Source: an uncultured Bacteroidales bacterium (GTDB taxonomy: Bacteria > Bacteroidota > Bacteroidia > Bacteroidales > VadinHA17). Taken from it: a stretch of 64,000 nt of DNA. How positions within the stretch are numbered: position 1 is the first letter of the stretch; the number at the start of each line of letters is the position of its first letter. Both the position numbers and the translations under genes were made by a program. The notes beneath the pieces are model-generated. The model did no database searches. It worked only from the letters and a program-made list of their open reading frames with translations, and was not told the DNA's origin. Of this stretch, positions 1 through 10,335 are shown piece by piece. The stretch spans positions 631,792-695,791 of the forward strand of contig CAVXEU010000003.1 of NCBI GenBank assembly GCA_963760915.1, given 5' to 3'.

Positions 1-313
1 CATAGTCTTTTTTTTCATTACAGATTATACAATGGTTGGATAATTATAACTTTTAATTTTTGTACCTGGAGGCACAATTTTTTAAGGTCACAAATATGAC
101 AATATCTTTTCAATTTTCCGATCACTGTAATCCTGATTTTCATATCCTTTTTATGCTTTCGGGAATGAATAACAGAGCCGTAAGAGAAAAATAACTGATA
201 TGTTCTTAAGGTTCTCTGACTTATCTAAATTCTTTTCGTTAAATTTGATGCTGAACTTTTCAAATTTCTGAAATCAGGGTGACTCATTATAGAATTCTTC
301 AAAAATCAAGAGA

Positions 314-1258
314 ATGGATGAAACCCGGACCGGCATAAAGAATCCTAAATCTCCGTCAGTTCTGATTACCGGCGGTAGCGGACTTATAGGAAAATATCTG
401 ACATCTCGCCTGCTGTCGGAAGGATTCAGGGTATCACATCTTTCGAGAAATGCCAGTCAGTTTGGCATGATAAGAGTGTTCCGGTGGAATCCTGAAAAAA
501 ATATCCTCGATCCTCTGGTATTCGAAGGAGTTGATTATATCATTCATCTTGCGGGTGCGAACATAGGAGAAAAACGCTGGACCAGTAAAAGAAAAAAAGA
601 GATTATAAATAGCAGGGTTCATTCGGCAAATTTGCTTTTTAAGACAATAGCCGATAATGCCTTAAATTTAAAAGCTTTTATATCTGCCTCTGCCGTTGGA
701 TATTACGGATCATTGACCACTGACAGGATCTTCAGGGAAAATGATCCGCCGGCAGAAGATTTTTTAGGTGCCACATGCAGGCTTTGGGAAGAAGCTGCTG
801 ATCAGTTTTCCGATACAGGAGTACGGGTTGTAAAAATAAGGACAGCTGTAGTGCTGGAAAAGAATGATAGTGCACTGGTTAAATTTTTAAAACCCGCAAA
901 GTTCGGAATATTCCCTATATTGGGCTTAGGAAGACAATATATGCCCTGGATTCATATTAAAGATCTGTGTGATATTTATCTCAAGGCTGTACGTGATAAT
1001 AAGATGGAAGGAGCCTTTAATGCGGTATCATCTCAGCATGTAAATCACAAAGATTTTATGAAAGCCCTGGCTAAGGCAACAAAGAAGAGGTTTTTTCATT
1101 TCCCTGTACCTTCAGTTTTAATAAAAATGGCCCTTGGCCAAATGTCGGATATAGTACTTAAGGGGAGCCGTGTATCATCAGAAAAAATTTTGAAGACCGG
1201 ACTAAGGTTCCGGTTTGATAATATTAATGATGCTTTAAATGATACTCTAGGGAATTAG
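314..1258 (+). CDS. YfcH/TIGR01777-type epimerase-like SDR family protein (C-terminal DUF1731)
   Basis: 314-aa ORF. It has an N-terminal Rossmann motif ITGGSGLIGKYL and the mid motif GEKRWTSKRKKEIINSRV, which is typical of YfcH-like proteins. Confidence 0.8.
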   Translation: MDETRTGIKNPKSPSVLITGGSGLIGKYLTSRLLSEGFRVSHLSRNASQFGMIRVFRWNPEKNILDPLVFEGVDYIIHLAGANIGEKRWTSKRKKEIINSRVHSANLLFKTIADNALNLKAFISASAVGYYGSLTTDRIFRENDPPAEDFLGATCRLWEEAADQFSDTGVRVVKIRTAVVLEKNDSALVKFLKPAKFGIFPILGLGRQYMPWIHIKDLCDIYLKAVRDNKMEGAFNAVSSQHVNHKDFMKALAKATKKRFFHFPVPSVLIKMALGQMSDIVLKGSRVSSEKILKTGLRFRFDNINDALNDTLGN

Positions 1259-1523
1259 ATAACCTCTACCCGCTCCGATATGCATTTATGCCATCCTGAA
1301 GGTCGGAGCAACCAACGAATGTTACATCTTAAACTGAATTTCTTTTGTTATAACAGCATGAAGCTGAAGTAATGTGCATATCCGTCATTGCCGGAACTCA
1401 AGGGAGATAATCCTATAATCACAAAATCTTTATCTTCCAGAGCACCACTCCGTGTTAAAAGAACCTGTCCCCTGCCGCTCAGTTCAGATCTGACATACGG
1501 ACATACATAAAAACTGTTTAGGA

Positions 1524-2219
1524 TCAGCCACGCTTGGAAATTATTTCCAGCTTTTCAATATCAACTATCTCAATAGTCTTGCCGAAGACTCTGATAATCC
1601 CCTCTCTTTTAAAATCAGATAATGTTCGGATAACATTTGCTGTACTCATTCCTATATAGTCAGCAATTTCCTTCCTTGAAACCGGGAGATCGAAGACCCT
1701 TGATCTATAAATATCCCTTGTAAAATAAAGAAGTACAAATGCTACCCTGCCCACCAGGTTTTTCTGTCTGATATCGAGCGTCTGATTTATTATCTTATCG
1801 TTTATCATCGATATCTTTGTAAGAAGCCCCATAGCAAAACCGCCATTTTTTAAAAAAAGCTGTTTTATAAAATCAAGCTTAACCATGCATACAACAGAAT
1901 CTTCTAAAGCTGAAACAGAAAACTGGTATCGCTCTTCGGAAAAAATACTCATATTGCTGACAAATTCAAAAGGCCTGGTTATGGTAATAACCTGCTCTTC
2001 CCCATTTGAGGTCCGCCTGTAAAGTTTGACCAAACCGCTTTTTAGATATTTGAAGGTCGAAATCTTTTCACCCTCATGATTAATTATCTCACCCTTGCGA
2101 AAAAATTGTTCTTCTTTATTTTCGCATAACTCATCAATTGATGGATCATCAAGGTAAGAAAACACAACATCCCGGAATTCGCAATTTGCGCATACACAGG
2201 GCCTTTTCTTTTCATTCAC
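1524..2219 (-). CDS. Crp/Fnr family transcriptional regulator with N-terminal Cys cluster
   Basis: 231 aa. It has a cNMP-binding-like beta-roll region and a C-terminal HTH (SRKEIADYIGMSTANVIRTLSDFKREGII). The N-terminus carries C8-x-C10-x2-C13, plus C32. Confidence 0.85.
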   Translation of the reverse strand: MNEKKRPCVCANCEFRDVVFSYLDDPSIDELCENKEEQFFRKGEIINHEGEKISTFKYLKSGLVKLYRRTSNGEEQVITITRPFEFVSNMSIFSEERYQFSVSALEDSVVCMVKLDFIKQLFLKNGGFAMGLLTKISMINDKIINQTLDIRQKNLVGRVAFVLLYFTRDIYRSRVFDLPVSRKEIADYIGMSTANVIRTLSDFKREGIIRVFGKTIEIVDIEKLEIISKRG

Positions 2220-2317
2220 GCTTTACAATTTTTCACAAAAGTACCATTTTCCTGATCATATTGTCCAATTTCAATTTGTTTTATTGCCAAAATTGAAGCT
2301 ATTTTGAAGGTCGAATA

Positions 2318-3127
2318 GTGCGTTTTACCTTAATCCCTGATATGATTTATAAGACTGATTATCATATGCACACCATTTTTAGCGATGGACGTTCAGCTCC
2401 GGAAGACTATATCAACGCAGCAATCACTGCAGGCCTAAGTGAAATAGGATTTTCTGACCATCTGACCTTGTTCAGGGAACAGGAGGAATGGAACATGAAT
2501 CCCTTAAATGTTTCTTCATATATAAAACACATTGAAAAGCTCAAAAATATCATAAAAAATATCATAATAAAAGTTGGTCTGGAGGTCGATTTTTTTGCAG
2601 GAAAAGAGGCGGAGATCCGAACCTACCTGAGCGAATTGCAGCTCGATTATGTTATAGGTTCAGTTCATTATCTTGGTGAAAAAACCGTGGATATGGACCC
2701 TGAATTTTATGAAGGAAAAAGCATTGACAGACTATTTGCATCATATCTTGAGTCCGTCAGTGTTGCAGCAGCTTCCGGTCTTTTTGACATAATTGGTCAC
2801 TGCGACCTTATAAGAATATATGGATTTAAACCTTCGTCCGACCAGGAACCCCTTTACAGGAAACTGGCAAAGACAATGAAGGCTCATGATGTTGCCTTTG
2901 AGGTAAACACCAATGGAAGAAACAGACCCCTTGCTGATTTTTATCCTGACCGAAGGTTCCTCCATATTTTCAGGGAGGAAAATGTTGCAGTCTGTGTTAA
3001 TTCGGATGCACATATGCCGGCCAGGGTAGCTCAGTATTTCGATGAGGCATATGAATTGTTAAGATATGTGGGCTTTACCGAAATGGCAGTCTTCGATAAA
3101 CGGGTACGGCACATGGTTTCTTTTTGA
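2318..3127 (+). CDS. PHP-domain histidinol-phosphatase (HisJ) family protein
   Basis: It has the PHP metal motif DYHMHTIFSDG near the N-terminus, with later GHCD and SDAH motifs. The track start is GTG; ATG at 2342 is a plausible true start. Confidence 0.8.
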   Translation: MRFTLIPDMIYKTDYHMHTIFSDGRSAPEDYINAAITAGLSEIGFSDHLTLFREQEEWNMNPLNVSSYIKHIEKLKNIIKNIIIKVGLEVDFFAGKEAEIRTYLSELQLDYVIGSVHYLGEKTVDMDPEFYEGKSIDRLFASYLESVSVAAASGLFDIIGHCDLIRIYGFKPSSDQEPLYRKLAKTMKAHDVAFEVNTNGRNRPLADFYPDRRFLHIFREENVAVCVNSDAHMPARVAQYFDEAYELLRYVGFTEMAVFDKRVRHMVSF

Positions 3128-3322
3128 GTTTAATTGAGAATCATATTTCAGGATATCTCACAGGGTTACAGAAGGAAGATACAGTTTAAAAAGCATTAAT
3201 ATACTATTAAGTGTAATATTGACACTTAACCCTGTCTGCCAGGAAAACCTGTTCCTGATTATTAATCCTGCGGCTCAGAACTGATATTCTGGACATCCGA
3301 CATTGCCAATGGAGAAAATCGT

Positions 3323-3904
3323 TTATGAGAGAATGTGTTCAAGGAATATTTTTAGTCCGATCGCTATTAAAAGCAGACCACCTATAATTTCAACCTTGTT
3401 TCCCAGCCTGGAACCTGCGGATTTACCAATCCTGATTGCAGTCATCGAGGCTAAAAAAGTGATAACCCCTATAAGGATTCCGGCTTCCCAGATCTTTACA
3501 TCCAGCAGTGCAAAACTTATTCCGACAGCGAATGCATCAATACTTGTTCCCAGTGCTATGGTCACCAGTATTATCATACTGCTGAAATTTTTTGCTTTTT
3601 CTTCACTTGTTTTTCTCAGACCTTCCATGATCATTTTAATTCCCAGAAAGGCCATTAACCCCAACGCGATCCAATGATCAGCAGCTTTTAACTCGCCTGA
3701 TATTATTGAACCAAGAAAATACCCTGCAATGGTCAGTCCTCCCTGAAAAATGGAAAGCACTACTGCTACCCTGGTTGCCTGTCCGAAGAGGATTCTGTTC
3801 CTTACCACACCCAGCGACAGAGAAACAGCGAAAGTGTCAAATGACAGACCCAGTGCCACAACCAGAATTGTAAAAAAATCCATGATCGATAATAAGATGC
3901 GCAA
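3323..3904 (-). CDS. mntP: manganese efflux pump MntP
   Basis: 193-aa polytopic membrane protein with duplicated DxFAV motifs (SFDTFAVSLS and SIDAFAVGIS), characteristic of MntP/DUF204. Confidence 0.85.
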   Translation of the reverse strand: MRILLSIMDFFTILVVALGLSFDTFAVSLSLGVVRNRILFGQATRVAVVLSIFQGGLTIAGYFLGSIISGELKAADHWIALGLMAFLGIKMIMEGLRKTSEEKAKNFSSMIILVTIALGTSIDAFAVGISFALLDVKIWEAGILIGVITFLASMTAIRIGKSAGSRLGNKVEIIGGLLLIAIGLKIFLEHILS

Positions 3905-3978
3905 ATATAATATAAATCATCGCTTAAATGATTTTGAAATTGATTGTATATATTTGAATAGCATAAAAAGCAGCAGCA

Positions 3979-4431
3979 ATGAAAGCTGTAATTCAGCGGG
4001 TAAGCAGGGCTTCCGTAACTATCAATAATAATGTCAGATCCGTAATCGGGACCGGATTGCTGGTGCTGGTGGGCTTTGAAGCATCTGACAATGATGCCGA
4101 TATTGAGTGGCTTTGCAATAAAATAGTTCAGCTCAGGATATTCAACGACAATAACGCTGTAATGAACCTCTCAGTTCTGGAAACCGGGGGAGATATTCTT
4201 GCAGTAAGTCAGTTCACCCTTCATGCCAAAACCAGGAAAGGCAACAGACCATCATACATCAGGGCTGCCACACCGGAAGTTGCGATTCCGCTTTATAACA
4301 GGTTTGTTGCCAGGCTTTCGCAGCTTATGGGGAAAGAAGTTGGGACTGGCCAGTTTGGTGCTATGATGCAGGTTGAACTGGTAAACAATGGCCCGGTAAC
4401 AATAATTATTGACACAAAAGATAAGGAATAA
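3979..4431 (+). CDS. dtd: D-aminoacyl-tRNA deacylase
   Basis: 150 aa. It starts MKAVIQRVSRASV and has the SQFTL motif and GNRPSY, typical of Dtd. Confidence 0.9.
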   Translation: MKAVIQRVSRASVTINNNVRSVIGTGLLVLVGFEASDNDADIEWLCNKIVQLRIFNDNNAVMNLSVLETGGDILAVSQFTLHAKTRKGNRPSYIRAATPEVAIPLYNRFVARLSQLMGKEVGTGQFGAMMQVELVNNGPVTIIIDTKDKE

Positions 4432-4765
4432 ACCTGGTCGAAAACTTTGATGCGTTTCTGACACCGGTTTTTAGTACTGCTGTTAATACTGCCCTTATGC
4501 CGATCGTAAAAGATACTAATACCAATGCGATCAGAAAGGGCATTACAATGATGCTAATTTCCCTGTACCTCAGTCAACAGACAATTAATACTGAGACCTA
4601 TCCAGATCAGCTTTCAGCAATAAGGACCTGAATTATTATATTTTGAATTTTGCCGGTGTGCGGAATTTTTGTATCAATGGCCAGGAATATACAATTCGCT
4701 GTATAATATCATAATTGTTGACCACAAGACAGCAAGGAGATGATAATAAATGAAAATCACCCAGG

Positions 4766-5245
4766 TCATTCGGCTACATCAGGAAGTCCCTGTGTACCTG
4801 AATCGAGCACAAATTTCCAGTTTCCGTCAGGTTGTTTTTGCCAGATTGTTACATAGGTGCCTCTTGTGGTCATTCCTGTCATTTTGTCCGTATTAGTATG
4901 AATTCCATAGGTATATCCGAGGTCTCCGCTCTCAGATATTCGTTCGTACAGAGGTTCCCACGACAGAATGAATGTTGTATCCGTTTTGCCTGAATACCTT
5001 TTTTCGAGAGTCTCTTTCCCTTTTTCAGGGAACGCATTATCGCGCAATATGACACCTTCTTCTGCAATGTAATATAAAAAGGCTTTGAACATCCCTTCTT
5101 TTACCGACATTGCAGAGAAATCGCGATCTGTCTGTAAAAGAATTCCGGTAGCAGGAATCTTGGTATTATTTGTACAACTTAATATCAGAATAAAACATAT
5201 TATGAAAACAAAAAGCATTATATTGAACCCGTTCTTTTTTTTCAT
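4766..5245 (-). CDS. lipoprotein, SnoaL/DUF4440-like (NTF2 fold) protein
   Basis: Signal peptide with a lipobox-like LILSC. The C-terminal WQKQPDGNWKFVLD pattern is typical of DUF4440/NTF2-like proteins. Confidence 0.55.
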   Translation of the reverse strand: MKKKNGFNIMLFVFIICFILILSCTNNTKIPATGILLQTDRDFSAMSVKEGMFKAFLYYIAEEGVILRDNAFPEKGKETLEKRYSGKTDTTFILSWEPLYERISESGDLGYTYGIHTNTDKMTGMTTRGTYVTIWQKQPDGNWKFVLDSGTQGLPDVAE

Positions 5246-5280
5246 AGTGACTTTATTTAGTTTAACATAACAGAATATTT

Positions 5281-6153
5281 ATGACAAAACTATATCAAAA
5301 ACTTATCAAAAAGTGCCCGTCGGAATCCGAAATTAAAAAAGGACTTAGGAATGTATCGGCTTTGGCAGCTAAAGAGCCTGATAAACACCTGCTGATGAGC
5401 TTGTTGAATCTTATTGATCTGACCAGTCTGAATACGACTGACAACAGGAGTCATATTATTCATTTAACAGGGAAGGTGAACAGTTTTTCAGGCCGTTTTT
5501 CGAATATCCCCAATGTTGCTGCAATATGTGTCTTTCCGAATTTTGTTGCTGTAGTTAAAGATAAACTAACAGCGAAAAATGTAAAAATAGCTTCAGTTGC
5601 CGGCTCTTTTCCCACATCTCAGACGTTCAGGAGCATAAAGATAACTGAATGTAAAATGGCAATAGAGGCAGGAGCCGACGAAATTGATATAGTAATTCCC
5701 GTAGGGGCTTTTCTTGGAAATGATTTTGCAATGGTGGCAGATGAGATCAGGCAGATCAAGGAAGCCATCGGATCAAGGCAACTCAAGGTAATTGTCGAAT
5801 CGGGACTTTTAGGTGATTATGAGAATATCTTTCGTGCATCAATGATTGCAATGGATGCAGGAGCTGATTTTATCAAGACATCAACCGGAAAGACTCAGGT
5901 TTCCGCAACACCGGAAGCTGCATATGTTATGTGCCATGCAATCTCTGATTTTTATTCAGAAACAGGCATACGTGTCGGATTTAAAGCAGCGGGAGGAATA
6001 GCAACAGCGGCTGATGCCGTATTGTATTATCATATTGTATCGCATTGCCTTGGCAGCGAATGGCTTAACAACAATCTGTTCAGAATAGGAGCAAGCAGGT
6101 TAACAAACAATATACTGACTGAAATTTCCGGTTGTGCCAATGATTACTTCTGA
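5281..6153 (+). CDS. deoC: deoxyribose-phosphate aldolase
   Basis: 290 aa. It has the IDLTSLN motif and the Schiff-base lysine context DFIKTSTGK. Confidence 0.85.
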   Translation: MTKLYQKLIKKCPSESEIKKGLRNVSALAAKEPDKHLLMSLLNLIDLTSLNTTDNRSHIIHLTGKVNSFSGRFSNIPNVAAICVFPNFVAVVKDKLTAKNVKIASVAGSFPTSQTFRSIKITECKMAIEAGADEIDIVIPVGAFLGNDFAMVADEIRQIKEAIGSRQLKVIVESGLLGDYENIFRASMIAMDAGADFIKTSTGKTQVSATPEAAYVMCHAISDFYSETGIRVGFKAAGGIATAADAVLYYHIVSHCLGSEWLNNNLFRIGASRLTNNILTEISGCANDYF

Positions 6154-6203
6154 TAATTAGTCTTTATCATATTTTGATATTCCTCTTGTAATAATCATTA
6201 CTT

Positions 6204-7250
6204 TTGTGTTTTGAATCTGCAAAAATGATGATTATTTCTTTTTTCAATATACAGCAAGATACTGTTAAGAGTAGAAATATTGTCGTAAATGACTCAACCC
6301 GAATCAAATCCGATTCGCTGTCATTAGCCAATTCACTTACGAAAAAAGATTCCCTGCAACCAGTTACCAAACATATTCCGAGATATGCTCCGTTCGTTTA
6401 TGCTGATACTACAGCTGTTTGTTCAAGAAACAGCATTGCTGATGTTACCTTTTATGATTCAAATAATTTTATCTCTGAAATTAAGTCAGGTACCTTCAAA
6501 CGGTTTCCGATCACCTTTACAGAAAATAACAGGCTGAAGGCTGCGGAAGAAAGAGCAACTCTTTTAAGTCACCTTAAGCCAGGTCAGAATATTTCCGTAG
6601 AGCCGTTTCACGACGACTGGGTTATTCTGACAATCGTAGTTGCCTCATTTTTATACTCTCTGATTATATCCACATCAAAAACCATGTTCCCCGGTGTTAC
6701 CAGGTTTTTCCTTTTAAGAGGAATAAATGATCCTGCTTCAAGGGATATAGGAGGTCTGTATCATTGGCAGCAGACTATTCAAAATCTTGTTTCATTTGTG
6801 ATAATCAGTCTTTTTGCTTACTCAGTTGCCTCTTATTATGATCTGATCCCTCATGGGTTCAGTGGGATACTTGTCTGGCTGATATCACTGGGAATAATAA
6901 TCACAGGAGTTACACTTCGCCATATTGTATGTATAATAACTGGCGATTTAAGTGATAAGAAAGAGGTTTTCAGAGAATATCTGCTGGGTGTGTATCAGGC
7001 ATACCGGTTCAGTGCATTGTTTCTTTCTGTCATAGTTATTCTTATTTCATACACACATTTCCTCCCAGTAAAAGTTTACATTATTTCAGGAATAGTAATT
7101 CTTGTACTTATGTACCTTATACGTGTTTTAAGACTCTTAATAATATTTCTAAACCGTAATATTTCGATTTTGTATTTGATTTTATACCTTTGTGCCCTAG
7201 AAATTCTGCCTGTTGCAGTATCTGTAAAATATTTTGCAGCCCTTGTTTAG
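6204..7250 (+). CDS. DUF4271-like integral membrane protein
   Basis: It has several C-terminal TM helices and sits immediately upstream of hemD, as in many Bacteroidota. The track start is TTG; ATG at 6225 is an alternative. Confidence 0.6.
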   Translation: MCFESAKMMIISFFNIQQDTVKSRNIVVNDSTRIKSDSLSLANSLTKKDSLQPVTKHIPRYAPFVYADTTAVCSRNSIADVTFYDSNNFISEIKSGTFKRFPITFTENNRLKAAEERATLLSHLKPGQNISVEPFHDDWVILTIVVASFLYSLIISTSKTMFPGVTRFFLLRGINDPASRDIGGLYHWQQTIQNLVSFVIISLFAYSVASYYDLIPHGFSGILVWLISLGIIITGVTLRHIVCIITGDLSDKKEVFREYLLGVYQAYRFSALFLSVIVILISYTHFLPVKVYIISGIVILVLMYLIRVLRLLIIFLNRNISILYLILYLCALEILPVAVSVKYFAALV

Positions 7251-7294
7251 ATTGGCGAGTGTTACTTTGAGAGGAAAACTTAAACTATAAAGAG

Positions 7295-8047
7295 TTGAAA
7301 ATAAGGAAGATTTTAGTATCGCAGCCAGAACCGCTTAACCCGAAATCTCCATATTTCGAACTGGCAAGAAAGTATAATCTAAAAGTTGAATTCAAACCCT
7401 TTGTTGAGATTGAAGGGATTTCATCAAAAGATTTTCGTCAGCAAAAAATCAATATCCTTGATTTTACTGCCGTTATATTTACCAGCAAAACCGGGATAGA
7501 TCACTTTTTCAGGGTTTGTAACGAACTCAGGACTGTTGTGCCCGATACCATGAAGTATTTCTGTATAACAGAAAATGTTGCATTTTATCTTCAGAAATAC
7601 ATTGTTTACAGGAAGAGAAAAATATTTCATGGGAGAGCTAAGTTTCAGGATCTTATTGAGATAATTTCCAAACACCGTGAAGATAATTACTTCGTTCCGC
7701 TTTCTGAACCACATAATGCTGAAATACCGGAACTACTTGATAAGAATGGGATAAAATATACGATCGGAACTCTTTACAGAACAATTAGCTCGAACTTTTC
7801 AAATCTTAAGGATTTTGATTATGACATTCTTGTTTTTTATAGCCCTTCTGGTATAAAATCACTTAAAGAGAATTTCCCGGGATTTGTTCAGGGTGATGTA
7901 AAAATAGCAGCATTCGGACCAACCACTGCATGTGCTGTTGAAAACGAAGGACTGAGGCTCGATATAAATGCACCAAATCCCAAAGCTCCATCAATGACCA
8001 TGGCTCTTGATGATTTTCTTAAAGAGTACAACAGAAATTTAAAGTAA
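7295..8047 (+). CDS. hemD: uroporphyrinogen-III synthase
   Basis: 250 aa with the two-lobed HemD pattern (ILVSQP..., FTSKTGIDHF, VFYSPSGIKS, AAFGPTTA). Confidence 0.8.
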   Translation: MKIRKILVSQPEPLNPKSPYFELARKYNLKVEFKPFVEIEGISSKDFRQQKINILDFTAVIFTSKTGIDHFFRVCNELRTVVPDTMKYFCITENVAFYLQKYIVYRKRKIFHGRAKFQDLIEIISKHREDNYFVPLSEPHNAEIPELLDKNGIKYTIGTLYRTISSNFSNLKDFDYDILVFYSPSGIKSLKENFPGFVQGDVKIAAFGPTTACAVENEGLRLDINAPNPKAPSMTMALDDFLKEYNRNLK

Positions 8048-8114
8048 TTTTTCCATAATACTGATTCGCCGGGAAGCTCCATAAACTCATCCTTTCGGGT
8101 TTTCAGGATAAGTT

Positions 8115-8522
8115 GTGTTTAATATGAATATCACAGGGGAGACGTTTGATAAATCTGAAAGGCTTTGCAGTTTCAAGGTTATCTCCACCTTGTTTGAATC
8201 CGGAAACATTTTCCATACTTCCCTTTTTAAGGTTATCTGGGCAAAGAGTCCGGTATTACTGCCTTTTCCGGCTCAGGTTGCTTTCAGTGTTCCAAAAAAA
8301 GGATTTAAGCACTCTGTTACAAGGAATCTGATAAAGAGAAGAATGCGGGAAGCATACCGGAAAAATAAAAATATACTTTATAATCATCTTATTTCGGAAA
8401 ACATTCAGGTTGTTTTCATTGTTATCCTGAGAGGAAAATCGATCCCTGATTATTTTCATATTGAAAAATCATTCATGGAGATGATAAACAAATTCACAGG
8501 ATTAATTAAAGAGAATTACTAA
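8115..8522 (+). CDS. rnpA: ribonuclease P protein component
   Basis: 135 aa, basic. It has the RNR-type motif (VTRNLIKRRMREAYR) characteristic of RnpA. Confidence 0.8.
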   Translation: MFNMNITGETFDKSERLCSFKVISTLFESGNIFHTSLFKVIWAKSPVLLPFPAQVAFSVPKKGFKHSVTRNLIKRRMREAYRKNKNILYNHLISENIQVVFIVILRGKSIPDYFHIEKSFMEMINKFTGLIKENY

Positions 8523-8604
8523 TTTTGATCAAGTTGTTATAATTGTTTGTTTCCACAAGGTTATACAGAATTTTAATTTTTATAATTATAAAATCAGATA
8601 ATTA

Positions 8605-10314
8605 ATGAAAAAGATACGTGTAAGCCGGATTATTATCGTTCTGTCCATTGTACTTACCATTGGTGTCAGCACAGGATTTCTTGTCAATCAGGAATCAAGA
8701 GATTTCAGAATTGCCAAAAACCTTGATATATTTTTCTCACTTTTCAGGGAACTTAATACATTTTATGTTGATACTATTGATCCTGATAAGCTGATTAAAT
8801 CAGGCATAGATAATATGTTAAGCACTCTCGATCCCTATACTGTCTATTATCCTGCAAATGAAGTAGAAGATTTTACAATAATGACTACCGGAAAATACGG
8901 AGGAATTGGTTCACTTGTAAGAGGCAGCGGTGATTATGCCGTAATCAGCGAAGTGTACAAGGGATTTCCGGCAGACCAGGCCGGGTTAAAACCCGGAGAT
9001 ATTCTGATAAAAGCTGATGGTGTATCGCTTAAGGGATTGCCGACTGATAAAATAAGCGAAAAACTAAAAGGGAATCCGGGGACCGATTTCATCCTTACAA
9101 TTGAAAGAAACGGCAAGCAAATGGATATTCCTATTAAACGCGAAAAAATTGTTATGCCGCCTGTTCCCTATTATGGTATGCTTGACTCAAAAACCGGGTA
9201 TATAAGGTTAAAGGAATTTACTCAGAATTGTGCAGTGGATGTTAAATCTGCACTTACTGCACTTGAAAACAACCACCCTCAGCAGATCATATTAGATTTG
9301 AGAGGAAACCCCGGGGGCTTGCTCACAGAAGCAGTGGATGTTCTGAATCTCTTCCTTGATCCCGGAACTGAGGTAGTATCCACCAAGGGAAAGGTTAAAC
9401 AATTTGATGAGGTATTTAAGACAACAAAACCGGCTGTTGATGATAAAATACATCTTGCTATTTTAATAAACAGGGGCTCTGCTTCAGCTTCTGAAATAGT
9501 TACAGGGGCAATTCAGGACCTTGACCGGGGAATTATTGTCGGTCAACGCTCCTATGGGAAAGGTTTGGTCCAGATTACGCGTCCCTTAAGCTATAATGCC
9601 GAGCTTAAAGTCACCACAGCCAAGTATTACATACCAAGCGGAAGGTGCATCCAGGCTCTCGATTACTCACACCGTAATCCTGACGGAAGTGTCGGAATTA
9701 TTCCTGATTCCCTTATTTCTGAATATAAAACAAAAGACGGAAGGATCGTAAAAGACGGAGGTGGCATTTCCCCTGATATTGTAGTTTTACCTGAATCATT
9801 AAGCCAGATTGCTGCAGAACTCTATGTGCGATACTATATTTTTGATTATGCCACCAAATATTACTGGGCTCATCCCGATATTAAATCCCCCGGACAATTT
9901 ACTTTCACCGACGGGGATTATGCCGATTTCAGAAAATATCTTATCAGCCGTAAATTCAACTACACGACCAAAACGGAGGAGTCTCTAAACCAGCTTATAA
10001 CCAATGCAAAAAAGGAAAAATATTACGATATGCACAAGGCTCTTTTTACCGAGATGGAGAAAGATATTACACATAATCTGGACCAGGATCTTACAATGTT
10101 CAGAACTGAAATAACCGATCTTATCGAAGATGAAATTATCGGACGATATTTTTACGAAAGCGGGGAAGTTGAATGGTCCATCAGGAAGGATAAACAGGTT
10201 TTAAAAGCACGTCAAGTGCTTGACAACACACAGAAGTACGATTCAATTCTCAAAGGTGAAACAGGAGCAATACTTGTAATAAGGAAGGATGATCCAAACT
10301 TACCGAAAAACTGA
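8605..10314 (+). CDS. S41 family C-terminal processing (tail-specific) peptidase
   Basis: It has an N-terminal anchor and a PDZ region (GLKPGDILIKADG). The catalytic Ser context is NRGSASASEIV and the Lys context is YGKGLVQ. Confidence 0.85.
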   Translation: MKKIRVSRIIIVLSIVLTIGVSTGFLVNQESRDFRIAKNLDIFFSLFRELNTFYVDTIDPDKLIKSGIDNMLSTLDPYTVYYPANEVEDFTIMTTGKYGGIGSLVRGSGDYAVISEVYKGFPADQAGLKPGDILIKADGVSLKGLPTDKISEKLKGNPGTDFILTIERNGKQMDIPIKREKIVMPPVPYYGMLDSKTGYIRLKEFTQNCAVDVKSALTALENNHPQQIILDLRGNPGGLLTEAVDVLNLFLDPGTEVVSTKGKVKQFDEVFKTTKPAVDDKIHLAILINRGSASASEIVTGAIQDLDRGIIVGQRSYGKGLVQITRPLSYNAELKVTTAKYYIPSGRCIQALDYSHRNPDGSVGIIPDSLISEYKTKDGRIVKDGGGISPDIVVLPESLSQIAAELYVRYYIFDYATKYYWAHPDIKSPGQFTFTDGDYADFRKYLISRKFNYTTKTEESLNQLITNAKKEKYYDMHKALFTEMEKDITHNLDQDLTMFRTEITDLIEDEIIGRYFYESGEVEWSIRKDKQVLKARQVLDNTQKYDSILKGETGAILVIRKDDPNLPKN

Positions 10315-10335
10315 AATAACCAAAAACAGAAAAAC

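Noticed and set aside
1-18. A possible 5' end of a minus-strand gene. The reverse complement reads ATGAAAAAAAAGACTATG, running off the left edge.
   Set aside because: Only 6 codons are visible, so no support is possible.
1351-1523. A stop-free minus-strand frame of about 58 codons (..SELSGRGQVLLTRSGALEDKDFVIIGLSPLSSGNDGYAHYFSFMLL*) downstream of the Crp/Fnr gene. A 7-bp inverted repeat GCTCCGA...TCGGAGC also lies near 1272-1310.
   Set aside because: It has no start codon and I recognise no family. It could be a small relic or chance, so it is not reported as a feature.
3905-3978. I looked for a yybP-ykoY Mn riboswitch upstream of mntP.
   Set aside because: Only 74 bp of AT-rich spacer is shared with the dtd start. 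That is too short, and it lacks the conserved GC-rich helices.
3303-4028. Track ORFs 3303-3677(+) and 3750-4028(+).
   Set aside because: They lie antisense to, and within, the well-supported mntP gene. They have low-complexity, shadow-frame composition.
4406-4543. A 45-aa minus-strand small ORF (MPFLIALVLVSFTIGIRAVLTAVLKTG...) with one TM helix, in the 334-bp dtd to lipoprotein gap.
   Set aside because: It is below any evidence threshold. It overlaps the dtd 3' end and conservation cannot be assessed.
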